Source: an uncultured delta proteobacterium
GTDB lineage: Bacteria > Desulfobacterota > WTBG01
NCBI GenBank assembly: GCA_963793865.1
Contig: CAWCBP010000001.1
Coordinates: forward strand, 320,001-384,000
Direction of reading: 5' to 3'
Length of the DNA: 64,000 nucleotides
Shown here: piece after piece, positions 20,274-30,166 of the stretch
Layout of the letters: each line of letters starts with the position of its first letter
Numbering within the stretch: position 1 is the first letter of the stretch
Made by a program: the position numbers and the translations under genes
The notes under the pieces: model-generated
What the model was told of the DNA's origin: nothing
Databases searched by the model: none
What the model saw: the letters and a program-made list of their open reading frames with translations, nothing else

Positions 20274-22826
20274 ATGAAGGTTACGTCATTTACCGTGCTC
20301 CCCGATACTCCGGAGGCGCTCGACCCCCTGAAGGAGATCGCCTACAACATGTGGTTCAGCTGGAACCATGAGGCCAGGAAACTTTTTATGCGGCTCGATC
20401 AGGAGTACTGGGAGAAATCATATCAGAGCCCCATCAACATGCTCTGCATGCTTCCCCTGCACCGGCTGCAGGAGGCGGCTCAGGACCAGGACTTCCTCGC
20501 GCAGGTGAACGGCGTCTATCAAAATTTGCAGAAGTATTTAAACGCCAAGCCCTGGTTTGAGAAGAAGTTCGGCAAACGGAAGAAGCCCTTCATCGCCTAT
20601 GTGTCGCTGGAGTACGGCATTGACGAAGGGCTGCCGCTTTATTCCGGCGGCCTGGGCATTCTTGCCGGGGATCACATGAAGTCGGCGAGCGATCTCGGCA
20701 TCCCGCTGGTCGGCATAGGCCTCCTCTACCGTCAGGGCTATTTCAAGCAGTACCTCAATGCCGACGGGTGGCAGATGGAGTCCTATCCGGAAAACAACCG
20801 CTACCGGATGCCCCTCAGCCTGGAACGGGACGCGGCGGGCAAGCCGCTGCTCATTGACCTTTCGGATGTGAACATTCCCGCCAGGTTCCAGGTGTGGCGG
20901 GTGGATATCGGCCGGATTCCCCTCTACCTGCTTGACGCCAACATCCCCTCGAATGCGACTGAACACCAGGTCATCACCATGCAGCTCTACGGCGGTGATC
21001 GGGATATGCGCATCCGGCAGGAGCTGCTTCTGGGAATCGGCGGCCTGCGGGCCCTGCAGGCCCTGGGGCTCTCACCGACCGTGTGCCATATCAATGAGGG
21101 CCACGCTGCATTTCTGACGCTTGAGCGAATACGCCAGTACATGGATGCCGGCGGCCTTTCTTTTCAGGAGGCATTTGAAATCTGCTGGTCAAGCAGTGTT
21201 TTTACCACCCACACCCCGGTGCCTGCCGGTAATGAGCGCTTTAATCCCTCCCTGATGCAGAAATACCTGGGCGGCTACGTGGAGAAGCTGGGCCTGAGCT
21301 GGAATGAATTTCTGGCCATGGGTCGGGAAGACCCCGCCAACCAGGGTGAGGAATTCTGCATGACCGTTCTGGCGCTGAAGATGTGCGCCCGCAGCAACGC
21401 GGTGTCCAGGCTCCACGGCACGGTCTCCAGGAAAATGTGGAAAAATCTCTGGCCGGGATTGAACGGGGAGGACATTCCCATAACCTCCATTACCAACGGC
21501 ATCCACGGCAGGAGCTGGGTGAGCCACGAGCAGGCGAACCTCTTTCAGAAGCACCTTGGCGAGGCATTTATCGATGAGCCGCTGAACGTTGATTCCTGGA
21601 AGGGGATTGATACCATCCCCGACACCGATCTCTGGGAGCTGCGGGACCTGCGCCGGGAAAAGCTGGTTAACTTTGCCCGGAAGCGGCTGCGCGTGCAATT
21701 CGCGCGCCGGAAGCTTTCTCCCTCGGAAATCAACATTGCCGACGAGGTGCTGGATCCCAAGGCACTTACCATAGGCTTTGCCAGACGGTTTGCAACCTAC
21801 AAGCGGGCATACCTGCTCCTGCGCGAGCCGGAGCGGCTGGCCCGGATACTGCTCGATGCCAAACAGCCGGTGCAGCTCATTATTGCCGGCAAGGCGCACC
21901 CCGCCGACAATGCCGGGAAAGAGATGATCAGGCAGATCATTCACTTTACCCGGGATGAGAAGTTCAGACAAAAGATCGTCTTTCTCGAGGACTACGATCT
22001 TACCGTGGCCCGCTATATGGTGCAGGGTGTGGACGTGTGGCTCAACACGCCCCGCAGGCCCATGGAGGCATCAGGAACCTCCGGCATGAAGGCGGCGGCC
22101 AACGGCGTTCTGAATCTCTCGGTGCTCGACGGCTGGTGGCCCGAGGCATACGCGAGCGGAACAGGATGGCCCATCGGCTGGGGCGAGGAGTACGATGATC
22201 ATGATTACCAGGACGCGGTGGAAGGGCACCTCCTCTATGACACGCTGGAGCGGGAGGTGATCCCTCTTTTTTATAAGCGCGATGCCGAGGGCATCCCCCG
22301 CGCGTGGGTCAAGAATATTAAAACCACCCTCAAGCGGCTGGGCTTTGCCTTCAGTTCCAACCGCATGGTGGCCGAATACACCGACCGCTGCTATCTCAAT
22401 GCCGACCGGGATTGCGGCAACCTCAAGGCGCGCGAGTATACACTGGCGCGGGAAATGGCCGGCTGGCGCAGGAAGGTCAGGAGCAACTGGGGAAAGATCC
22501 GGGTCATCAATTTGAACACCGACTTCGGCGGGGAATTTTTGCGCACGGGCGATGAGGTGGGGATTGTGGCGGAAATAAATCTCGGCGAGCTCAGCCCCGA
22601 TGATGTAGCCATTGAGCTGTACCACGGGCCGGTCGATGACCGGGAGGTCATAACCAGCGGACTGATTGAAAAGATGGAGGTGCAGGGCTCGTCAAACGGC
22701 ATTCATGCCTACCGGGGGACAATGGTGTGCCAGTATGCGGGCCGCTACGGCTTTGCCCTGCGGGTCGTCCCCGGGCACTATGCGCTTCCCCACCATCTTA
22801 TCCCCGGGCTTATTCTCTGGGCGTAA
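20274..22826 (+). CDS. glgP: Alpha-glucan (glycogen/maltodextrin) phosphorylase
   Basis: YSGGLGILAGDH, NEGH, ARRFATYKR, EASGTSGMK PLP-lysine motif. Confidence 0.97.
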   Translation: MKVTSFTVLPDTPEALDPLKEIAYNMWFSWNHEARKLFMRLDQEYWEKSYQSPINMLCMLPLHRLQEAAQDQDFLAQVNGVYQNLQKYLNAKPWFEKKFGKRKKPFIAYVSLEYGIDEGLPLYSGGLGILAGDHMKSASDLGIPLVGIGLLYRQGYFKQYLNADGWQMESYPENNRYRMPLSLERDAAGKPLLIDLSDVNIPARFQVWRVDIGRIPLYLLDANIPSNATEHQVITMQLYGGDRDMRIRQELLLGIGGLRALQALGLSPTVCHINEGHAAFLTLERIRQYMDAGGLSFQEAFEICWSSSVFTTHTPVPAGNERFNPSLMQKYLGGYVEKLGLSWNEFLAMGREDPANQGEEFCMTVLALKMCARSNAVSRLHGTVSRKMWKNLWPGLNGEDIPITSITNGIHGRSWVSHEQANLFQKHLGEAFIDEPLNVDSWKGIDTIPDTDLWELRDLRREKLVNFARKRLRVQFARRKLSPSEINIADEVLDPKALTIGFARRFATYKRAYLLLREPERLARILLDAKQPVQLIIAGKAHPADNAGKEMIRQIIHFTRDEKFRQKIVFLEDYDLTVARYMVQGVDVWLNTPRRPMEASGTSGMKAAANGVLNLSVLDGWWPEAYASGTGWPIGWGEEYDDHDYQDAVEGHLLYDTLEREVIPLFYKRDAEGIPRAWVKNIKTTLKRLGFAFSSNRMVAEYTDRCYLNADRDCGNLKAREYTLAREMAGWRRKVRSNWGKIRVINLNTDFGGEFLRTGDEVGIVAEINLGELSPDDVAIELYHGPVDDREVITSGLIEKMEVQGSSNGIHAYRGTMVCQYAGRYGFALRVVPGHYALPHHLIPGLILWA

Positions 22827-22853
22827 ACGGCCTTTGGTGTATTTTATTCGAAT

Positions 22854-22881
22854 GTAGGGGCGACCGGCCGGTCGCCCCTAC
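22854..22881. repeat. REP palindrome family A
   Basis: Identical to 4577-4604. Confidence 0.9.
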
Positions 22882-23048
22882 GCATCAGATCCTACTTTCG
22901 TATTAAACAGTACCAGACCCCAATTTTTCACCTTTCATACAACCTGGTAGAATGCACCGGAAGCTGCCTGCCCGGAGGCTGGTACGGCCAGGGCCTGCCT
23001 CCCGTATAAGCCGAAAGGATTTGGCAAGCGTTCTGGTGGCAGGCACGG

Positions 23049-23636
23049 TCAGGACCGCCTGAAGCGAATGAAAACCTGGTAACCCAGGCCGAGGAGGAAG
23101 AGGAGAATGCCGCCTCCTGCCAGCAGGTACTGGTGCCGGCTGAAGGGCAGCTGCAGCAGGGTGGAAAGGCCGCCTATGGCAAGAAAGGCGCCCCAGCCCG
23201 CGGTGCCGGCCATGATGAAATAGCTGAGAAAGAAAAAGGCGCAGATCCCCGAAGCGAGCGTCACCGGGATAATCCATCCGCTCTCGCCCAGCAAAAAGGC
23301 GCTCACCAGGCCGCCCAGCGCCATCCCCGCGACGAAACCCGCCATTCTCAGCATGAAGAGAAAGCCGTAGCCTCCCAGCGCGCCCAGCGCGACGGCGCCG
23401 GCAATGCCGCCCCACGGTTGTGACACAAGATTACCCAATCCGAAACCGATGATCGCGCCGACGGTGCATCCGAACAGAAAAAGCGAAAAGCGGAAAATCT
23501 TCAGGCCGAAGAAGCAGAGCGCTATGCCGGTGAGCAGGGCAACAGGCCAGGAATGAAAGAGAGAGGTGTTGATGTCGGTAAGAATTTTTACCAGCCAGGC
23601 AAGCGCTGCCTCAACAGTTTCCATCATGAAGGCCAT
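23049..23636 (-). CDS. Gly-rich membrane protein (DUF4203/TMEM198-like)
   Basis: GIALCFFGLKIFR start, several Gly-rich TM helices; abuts polX. Confidence 0.7.
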   Translation of the reverse strand: MAFMMETVEAALAWLVKILTDINTSLFHSWPVALLTGIALCFFGLKIFRFSLFLFGCTVGAIIGFGLGNLVSQPWGGIAGAVALGALGGYGFLFMLRMAGFVAGMALGGLVSAFLLGESGWIIPVTLASGICAFFFLSYFIMAGTAGWGAFLAIGGLSTLLQLPFSRHQYLLAGGGILLFLLGLGYQVFIRFRRS

Positions 23637-23639
23637 CCC

Positions 23640-25370
23640 TCATTTCTGAACCCGTGCCCGCCTGGCCCCGGTCCAGGCGAGGAGTTCCTCAGCGGTAAGG
23701 GTGTTGAGCAGGTGTCGCGGCTCCAGCCATCCGCGCCGGGCAACCATGACGCCCAGTTCCATCATCCACAGCTGCTCAAGGTGGTGCGAGTCCGTTCCCA
23801 GCGCAATCATCACGCCCTTCTTGCCCGCCTCCATTGCGGTCGCGTCGTCAAGGTCCAGCCGGTCCTGGTAGGAATTGATTTCAAGCGCCGTTCCCGTCTC
23901 CGCTGCCGCCTCGATGACCCGCCCCATGTCCACGTTGTAAGGCTCCCGTTCTCCCAGGAGGCGCCCGGTGGGATGGGCTATAATGTGCAGATAAGGGTTT
24001 TTCATCGCGGTTATGATTCGTCCGGTAATCTGCTCCCGGCTCCCCTTAAAGCCGCTGTGGATGGCCCCGATCACAATATCGAGCCGGCTGAGCAGGTCAT
24101 CGGGATAGTCAAGCGTTCCGTCGTTTTTTATGTCCACTTCGGCGCCGCAGAGCAGGCGGATGCCCGAGAGTGACTGATTGATCTTCTTCACCTCGGCGAT
24201 TTTTTCCTTGAGCCGCGCGGCGGAAAGACCCCTGGCAATCTTGAGCGACGGGGAGTGATCGGTCACGGCTATATACCGGTAACCCATCTTCTGCGCCGCG
24301 GCTGCAATTTCCGGGAGCGAATGGGCGCCGTCGCTGTAATGCGAGTGCACGTGCAAATCACCCCTGATGTCGGATCGGCGAACGAGTGCAGGGAGGGAAT
24401 GGCCTAAGGCTGCCTCCAGTTCGCCACGGTCTTCGCGAAGTTCGGGAGGGATCCAGTCCATCTGTAACGCTGCATATATCTCCTCTTCGCGTGCGCCCGC
24501 CATCTTCCTCTCGCCGGAGAAAATGCCGTACTCGTTGATTTTGAAGCCGCTGCGCCTGGCAATCTCCCGCAGCCGGACGTTGTGGCTTTTGGAACCGGTA
24601 AAGTACTGGAGCGCCGCGCCGAAGGAATCTTTCTCAACCACCCTGAGATCGAGCTGGATGCCGTCCGCAGTTACAATGCTTCCCTTGGTTTCTCCCTGCG
24701 CGAGTATGGAACCGGAGAGGGGCAGATGCACGAAGGTGTCGATAATCTCCTTCTTTCGGGAGCCGGAGGCAAGAATGTCAATGTCTCCGATGGTTTCCTT
24801 TCCCCGCCTGAGAGAGCCCGCCGCTTCAATATCCCTGATGTCTGCCGCCTTCTGCAGTGCGCCAATGACTTCGCGGGCAATGACCAGCGCCTTGCCCAGC
24901 GGCATCCGCTCCCTGCTCTGGGCGTAGAGCTCAATACCCCTGATGATGTTCTCTATTTTTTTCCTGCCCATGCCGGGAAGCTCGGCCATCCGCTCATCAT
25001 GAACAGCCTTCTGCAGGTCCTCGAGGCTGTTGATCTGCATTTCCTTGTGCAGCATGGCCAGGGTTTTAGGCCCCAGGCTGGGCACGCCCAGCAGCGCGAT
25101 CAGATCGTCCCCGATCCCCTGTTTCATCTCCTCGTACTTGGCGATGTGTCCGGTCGAGAGATACTCAAGAATCTTTTCCGCCGTTCCCTTGCCGATGCCC
25201 GGCATGTGCTGCAGCTCGCCGGAGCGGACCATTTCCTCGATGTCGGTGGTGAGGTCATTCAGGATTCGGGCGGACTTGCGGTAGGCGTTTATTTTGAAAA
25301 TATTTTCGTCTTTGAATTCGAGCAGGTCGGCCATCCTCTGGAAGAGAGAGGCTATTTCCTTGTTTTTCAT
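23640..25370 (-). CDS. polX: DNA polymerase X with PHP domain
   Basis: GSLRRGKETIGDIDIL, YFTGSKSHN, PHP motifs DLHVHS, TDHS, AHPTGR, TDSH. Confidence 0.96.
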   Translation of the reverse strand: MKNKEIASLFQRMADLLEFKDENIFKINAYRKSARILNDLTTDIEEMVRSGELQHMPGIGKGTAEKILEYLSTGHIAKYEEMKQGIGDDLIALLGVPSLGPKTLAMLHKEMQINSLEDLQKAVHDERMAELPGMGRKKIENIIRGIELYAQSRERMPLGKALVIAREVIGALQKAADIRDIEAAGSLRRGKETIGDIDILASGSRKKEIIDTFVHLPLSGSILAQGETKGSIVTADGIQLDLRVVEKDSFGAALQYFTGSKSHNVRLREIARRSGFKINEYGIFSGERKMAGAREEEIYAALQMDWIPPELREDRGELEAALGHSLPALVRRSDIRGDLHVHSHYSDGAHSLPEIAAAAQKMGYRYIAVTDHSPSLKIARGLSAARLKEKIAEVKKINQSLSGIRLLCGAEVDIKNDGTLDYPDDLLSRLDIVIGAIHSGFKGSREQITGRIITAMKNPYLHIIAHPTGRLLGEREPYNVDMGRVIEAAAETGTALEINSYQDRLDLDDATAMEAGKKGVMIALGTDSHHLEQLWMMELGVMVARRGWLEPRHLLNTLTAEELLAWTGARRARVQK

Positions 25371-25606
25371 GCGTCATCCTCGCCCGGGGTGATTGATGGC
25401 TCTTTGTCCGGGCGGTTTTCCTGTGCGGTGTGAGAAGCGAGGGAAGGTCATTCGGGAAATGTTGAAAATGGTATATGAAAAGGAATCCCTTTTCAATAAA
25501 ATACTGTCTGTTCATGCCGGGCTGTGCTATAGGGGTGGTCAGGGCATTAATTTACATGCCTGGAGGTGACCCCGGGGGCGCGGGAAGGTGATGCGGAGGA
25601 AGAGGA

Positions 25607-26362
25607 ATGGAAATAATTATTATTGGTTCGGGAACAGGCGTTCCCTCTTTGCGGCGCGGCTCCCCCGCGACGGTCATCAGGGTAGGGGACCATCTTCTGC
25701 TGCTTGACAGCGGATCAGGGACGCTGCGGCGCCTGCTGGAAGCGGGGGTTGATTTCAGGGATGTTGATTATCTTTTCTACAGCCACTTTCACCCGGATCA
25801 CACCTCCGACCTGGTTCCCTTTCTCTTCGCTTCCAACTACGGGAGTGAAGAGGTGAGAAGGCGCGGGCTCACCATCATCGGCCCGCCCGGCATGGCCGCC
25901 TTTTATGAAAAGCTTAAGGGTATTTACGGCAAATGGATCGTACCCCAGGACTATTCCCTGAGTATTGAGGAAGTCTCATCCGGAGAAATTCCCTTTGCAG
26001 ACTTCAGCGTCAGGGGATTCCCCCTTGCGCATACCGACCACAGCGTGGGGTTCAGGATAACCGGGGAGGGAGGAAAGGTCGTTTCCTATTCAGGCGATAC
26101 TGATTACTGCGCAAACCTGATCGCCCTGGCGCGCGGTGCCGGCGTGCTGATTGTTGAGTGCTCGTTTCCCGACGACAGGAAGGTGGAAGGACACCTTACC
26201 CCTTCGCTGGCCGGCCGGGCGGCGCGGGAAGCGGGGTGTAAAAAAGTGGTGCTGACCCATTTGTACCCGCCCTGCGACAGCCATGATGTCGTCGGGGCGG
26301 TGAAGCGGGAGTTTGCCGGCGAGGTGGCGCTGGCGGAAGATTTCATGAGGGTGGAGCTGTAG
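25607..26362 (+). CDS. RNase Z-like metallo-beta-lactamase hydrolase
   Basis: SHFHPDH, YSGDT, GHL, LTHLYP motifs. Confidence 0.85.
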   Translation: MEIIIIGSGTGVPSLRRGSPATVIRVGDHLLLLDSGSGTLRRLLEAGVDFRDVDYLFYSHFHPDHTSDLVPFLFASNYGSEEVRRRGLTIIGPPGMAAFYEKLKGIYGKWIVPQDYSLSIEEVSSGEIPFADFSVRGFPLAHTDHSVGFRITGEGGKVVSYSGDTDYCANLIALARGAGVLIVECSFPDDRKVEGHLTPSLAGRAAREAGCKKVVLTHLYPPCDSHDVVGAVKREFAGEVALAEDFMRVEL

Positions 26363-26377
26363 GCGGAGCGTGATGCC

Positions 26378-26665
26378 GTGAAGCGGTGCTATTTCTGCGG
26401 AACAGAGCTGGATGTCGGCCGGATTGTGGGCAGGGGGGATATCTGCCCGCAGTGCCGCCGTGATGTGCGGTGCTGCCGCAATTGCGCATTCCATGATCCA
26501 CATGCCTCCAATCAATGCCGTGAGCCTCAGAGCGAAACGGTGAGCGACCGCGCCGCGAGTAATTTTTGTGATTACTTTCAATTCGCTGACACGGCAGGGG
26601 AGGGGCGGGTAAATGACGCGGCGCAAAAAGCACGGGAGGAGTGGGAGCGCCTTTTTAAGAAGTGA
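26378..26665 (+). CDS. Small Cys-rich putative metal-binding protein
   Basis: CxxC, CPxC, CCxNC, C and NFC motifs; GGAG upstream of GTG. Confidence 0.75.
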   Translation: MKRCYFCGTELDVGRIVGRGDICPQCRRDVRCCRNCAFHDPHASNQCREPQSETVSDRAASNFCDYFQFADTAGEGRVNDAAQKAREEWERLFKK

Positions 26666-26708
26666 CCCTCGTCCCATGGAAAGGCGACCGCACATGGCTA
26701 AAAAAGCC

Positions 26709-26737
26709 TTGACATTGAAGGGACGATTTAATATGTT
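26709..26737 (+). promoter_or_regulatory. Sigma70-type promoter
   Basis: TTGACA-17 nt-TATGTT upstream of the 26872 gene. Confidence 0.6.
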
Positions 26738-26871
26738 GAAATTGCAAGTGCCTTCAAGGTAAGCTCTTGCAATGCACGGCATGCGACATGGGAAGAGGTG
26801 CATAACTGATGCTGTTTGTGCCTAAAGATAGGCAGGCAGGGTAAAGAAAATAAAACGAAAGGAGGAGTAGC

Positions 26872-27111
26872 ATGGCAGAACTTAATTGGGGAGGTAACAC
26901 CAAGGCAATGTTTGACAAGCTCATTGAAAGCTCACCCAAGCCTTTCAGGGCGATGACTGAAAAAAAGATGCTGGAGGGATTGGCGAAAAAGGCCGGCGAT
27001 GCAGGTAACGTCACTGAAGACATGCTGGTGGAAGTGATCAAGGAGATCACCCCCAAGCCTTTTATCGCCATGGCGTTAAAGAACATTGAACCGATGATGA
27101 CCAAGGCGTAG
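26872..27111 (+). CDS. Small helical protein (DUF2621/PCP_red-like)
   Basis: Strong RBS GAAAGGAGG; W...PKPFR...VTE...TPKPF pattern; followed by a terminator. Confidence 0.75.
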   Translation: MAELNWGGNTKAMFDKLIESSPKPFRAMTEKKMLEGLAKKAGDAGNVTEDMLVEVIKEITPKPFIAMALKNIEPMMTKA

Positions 27112-27138
27112 TTTTTAAGCACGCCTGCGGATGATGTG

Positions 27139-27180
27139 AGAGGGAAAGGCCGATTGCCCATCGGCCTTTCCCTCTTTTTT
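27139..27180. terminator. Intrinsic terminator between convergent genes
   Basis: AGAGGGAAAGGCCGAT-tgccc-ATCGGCCTTTCCCTCT followed by a T run. Confidence 0.85.
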
Positions 27181-27186
27181 GTGCGT

Positions 27187-27971
27187 TTAAGGTAAGGGGC
27201 TACAGATGGGTTTCCCGGGGCTGCTGCTTCACCTGCGGGGACTGCCGCCTTTTTCAGGAAGATGTCATCGTAGTCGGCCCCGGCCTCGGAGGCGGTATCG
27301 TCGGCATCGGTCAGGATGCCCACCGCCCGGACCACCCCCGGCTCCTTCTTGAACAGCCGCTTGTAATCTTCGTAGGCGTTCACTTCCTCGGTCATCCACC
27401 GGTTGACGGATGAAGACCCGTTTTGCAGGACCACTATCTTGGTCTTGCCGGAGTACGGGCTGTCTGTCACCGTGCCGGGGGAGAGGCTTGCGCTCCAGAC
27501 GTACTTGATGCATTCAGGCTTCATGGCATCAGGGACCGGAACGCTGATGCCCCACCGGTTTTTCAAGGCTTCGGGCTTGAAGGCGCTGGGGAAAATGACG
27601 TAGATGCCCGCGGCGCTGTCACCCGATTTTTTATACCGCTCGTCACCGCCGCGGGGAAGCGTGTGCGCCCGCCATCGCCAGGAGATGACGGGGAACTCCT
27701 TCAGGTTATAGTTCATTTCCTTGGCAATGATGGAGCCGTTTCGCCTGGCGCGGGCCTGGAGAAAGTAGTTGTCGTCCTCCATGGCGATGGTATAGAGCCG
27801 GTGAAATGTGTCATCTGCAGATGCCCATCCCTCGAGCTTGCCCGCCTTGCCGGATGCGGTAAAGCAGTCAACTTCGCGCAGCTCCCCGGTATCCTGTGCG
27901 CCCGATGTCACTCCGCACACAACCAGGAGCAGAAGCAGCGAGCAGACGGCGCCTTTCTTCGTGTTTATCAT
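27187..27971 (-). CDS. DUF3047-like exported protein; true stop probably TAA at 27187, shifted out of frame by a one-base loss
   Basis: Signal peptide; ISWRWR, DSAAGIYVIF, IKYVWS, ILTDADDT motifs; the ORF-track extension runs antisense through a terminator and the 26872 gene. Confidence 0.8.
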
Positions 27972-28143
27972 ATGATCCTTTCTTGAGATTGCAGCCTGTG
28001 ATCGCAAAAAATCTAAAAAACTATACTGGATAATGCCCGGTCTGTCAACCGCATTTGCCTGCAGCGGCAGGATCATGCCGCAGGGCGGGACGCAGCTCCG
28101 CCGGATTCTATGCTTGACAGTATACTTTATCATCTGTTAGGTT

Positions 28144-28302
28144 CTAGCAGGCTGTTGAAAAACACCCATCTGCTGCGTTACGCTCATCCTTCGTCACTGC
28201 AGCGTACTTGCATGTACGCCTCATTCCTCAGGATTTCGCGTGCCTTGCATCTGGATGTTTTTGAACAGCCTGCGGAAAACTACTTTTTCAACAACCGGTT
28301 AG
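28144..28302. mobile_element. Non-autonomous MITE-like element
   Basis: CTAG-CAGGCTGTTGAAAAA left end, internal inverted copy TTTTTGAACAGCCTGC, right end TTTTTCAACAACCGG-TTAG; shorter relative at 30086-30166. Confidence 0.65.
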
Positions 28303-28420
28303 TGCAGCCAAGTTGATGCTTTTTCTCTCAGCACCATTCCGGGACGGCAGGAGCGGCGTTCAGCCGCGGGTAGGTCGCGCATGAATGCGCTCCCGCCGAA
28401 ACGCAACGGAGGATTATGCG

Positions 28421-30079
28421 ATGCGTAGTGATGCAATGAAGCGGGGGCTGGAGCGCGCCCCTCACCGGTCACTTTACAAGGCCATGGGATATACCGACGA
28501 AGAGATTGCCCAGCCGCTCATCGGTGTTGCCAATTCCTACAACGAGATCATCCCCGGGCATGTTCACCTGAATGAGATCGTGAAGGCGGTCAAGGCCGGC
28601 ATCGCCTATGCCGGGGGGACCCCGGTGGAATTCGGCGTCATCGGTGTCTGCGACGGCATCGCCATGCACCATGCCGGCATGAAGTACTCGCTTGCCAGCC
28701 GTGAGCTGATCGCCGATTCGGTGGAGGTGATGGCCACGGCCCATCCCTTTGACGGGCTGGTACTGGTGACCAATTGCGACAAGATCACCCCGGGGATGCT
28801 CATGGCCGCGCTGCGCCTCAACATACCCGCCATCGTCATCAGCGGCGGACCGATGCTGACCGGGCGCAGGAACGGCCGCAAGACGGACGTCATCACGGTT
28901 TTCGAGGCGGTGGGCAGGGTAAAGGCGGGGGCCATGAGCGAGGGGGACTTGAGCGGACTCGAGGATGTGGCCTGCCCGGGCTGCGGAAGCTGTGCCGGCA
29001 TGTTCACCGCCAACACCATGAATTGTTTGACCGAGGCCCTGGGCATGGGGCTGCCGGGGAACGGCACCATCCCCGCCGTCAATGCGAGAAGGAAAAGGCT
29101 TGCCAAGATGGCCGGCGGGAAGATAATGGAGCTGGTCAGGAACAATATCAGGCCCAGGGATATTGCGGGCCTGGATGCATTTCGCAACGCCATTGCCGTG
29201 GACATGGCCCTCGGCGGTTCAACCAACACCGTCCTGCACCTTCCGGCGATTGCGCGGGAGGCGGAGATTGACTTCAGCCTGGACCTGTTTGATGAACTCA
29301 GCGCCCGGACGCCCAACCTCTGCAGCATCAGCCCCGCAGGCCCGTATCACCTGGAGGACCTGGACGCGGCGGGAGGCGTGCCTGCTGTCATGGCCGAGCT
29401 CACAAGGGCGCAGCTCATTCGCACCGGCAGCATGACGGTGACCGGCAGGACGGTGGGAGAGAACATCGCCGGGATTACCAGCGCCGATGCCGAAATCATC
29501 AGGCCGCTTGAAAGGCCCTACCACAGCGAGGGAGGCATTGCCATTCTGAGGGGCAACCTGGCCCCCGACGGCGCGGTGGTGAAGCAGGCGGCGGTGGACC
29601 CGCAGATGCTCAAAAACCGGGGAACGGCCAGGGTTTTTGATTGTGAGGAGGACGCGGTGGCGGCGATCATGGACAGGAAAATCAAGGCCGGCGACATCGT
29701 GGTAATCAGGTATGAAGGGCCGAAGGGAGGGCCGGGCATGCGGGAGATGCTCACCCCGACGTCAATCATTGCCGGGATGGGGCTGGACAAGGAGGTTGCC
29801 CTGATTACCGACGGCCGGTTCAGCGGGGGCACCAGGGGTGCCGCCATCGGCCACGTTTCTCCCGAGGCCATGGAGGGCGGTCCCATAGCGCTGGTTCGCG
29901 ATGGCGACGTCATAAGCATTGATATCCCTGCCAAGAAGCTTACCCTGGAAATAGCAGACGAGGAGCTGAACAGAAGAAAACGCGAATGGGTTGCCCCGGA
30001 GCCGAAAATCAGGGAAGGCTATCTCTCGCGGTACGCGAAAATGGTCACCTCGGCCAGCACCGGGGCGGTGTGCCGATAA
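28421..30079 (+). CDS. ilvD: Dihydroxy-acid dehydratase
   Basis: [42 protein letters not shown] motifs. Confidence 0.98.
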   Translation: MRSDAMKRGLERAPHRSLYKAMGYTDEEIAQPLIGVANSYNEIIPGHVHLNEIVKAVKAGIAYAGGTPVEFGVIGVCDGIAMHHAGMKYSLASRELIADSVEVMATAHPFDGLVLVTNCDKITPGMLMAALRLNIPAIVISGGPMLTGRRNGRKTDVITVFEAVGRVKAGAMSEGDLSGLEDVACPGCGSCAGMFTANTMNCLTEALGMGLPGNGTIPAVNARRKRLAKMAGGKIMELVRNNIRPRDIAGLDAFRNAIAVDMALGGSTNTVLHLPAIAREAEIDFSLDLFDELSARTPNLCSISPAGPYHLEDLDAAGGVPAVMAELTRAQLIRTGSMTVTGRTVGENIAGITSADAEIIRPLERPYHSEGGIAILRGNLAPDGAVVKQAAVDPQMLKNRGTARVFDCEEDAVAAIMDRKIKAGDIVVIRYEGPKGGPGMREMLTPTSIIAGMGLDKEVALITDGRFSGGTRGAAIGHVSPEAMEGGPIALVRDGDVISIDIPAKKLTLEIADEELNRRKREWVAPEPKIREGYLSRYAKMVTSASTGAVCR

Positions 30080-30085
30080 CAGGAT

Positions 30086-30166
30086 CCAGCAGGTTGTTCA
30101 AAGGCTCAAAGGGGGAGGGGCTTTTTAGCCACACATCAGATGGGCTGTTTTTCAACGGCCGGCTAG
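30086..30166. mobile_element. Short MITE-like element related to 28144-28302
   Basis: CCAGCAGGTTGTTCAAA ... TTTTTCAACGGCCGGCTAG; overlaps the rpoN stop. Confidence 0.5.

Noticed and set aside
26754..28133. 459-aa ORF as listed in the track
   Set aside because: Artefact of a lost stop: it runs through a terminator and antisense over the well-supported 26872 gene
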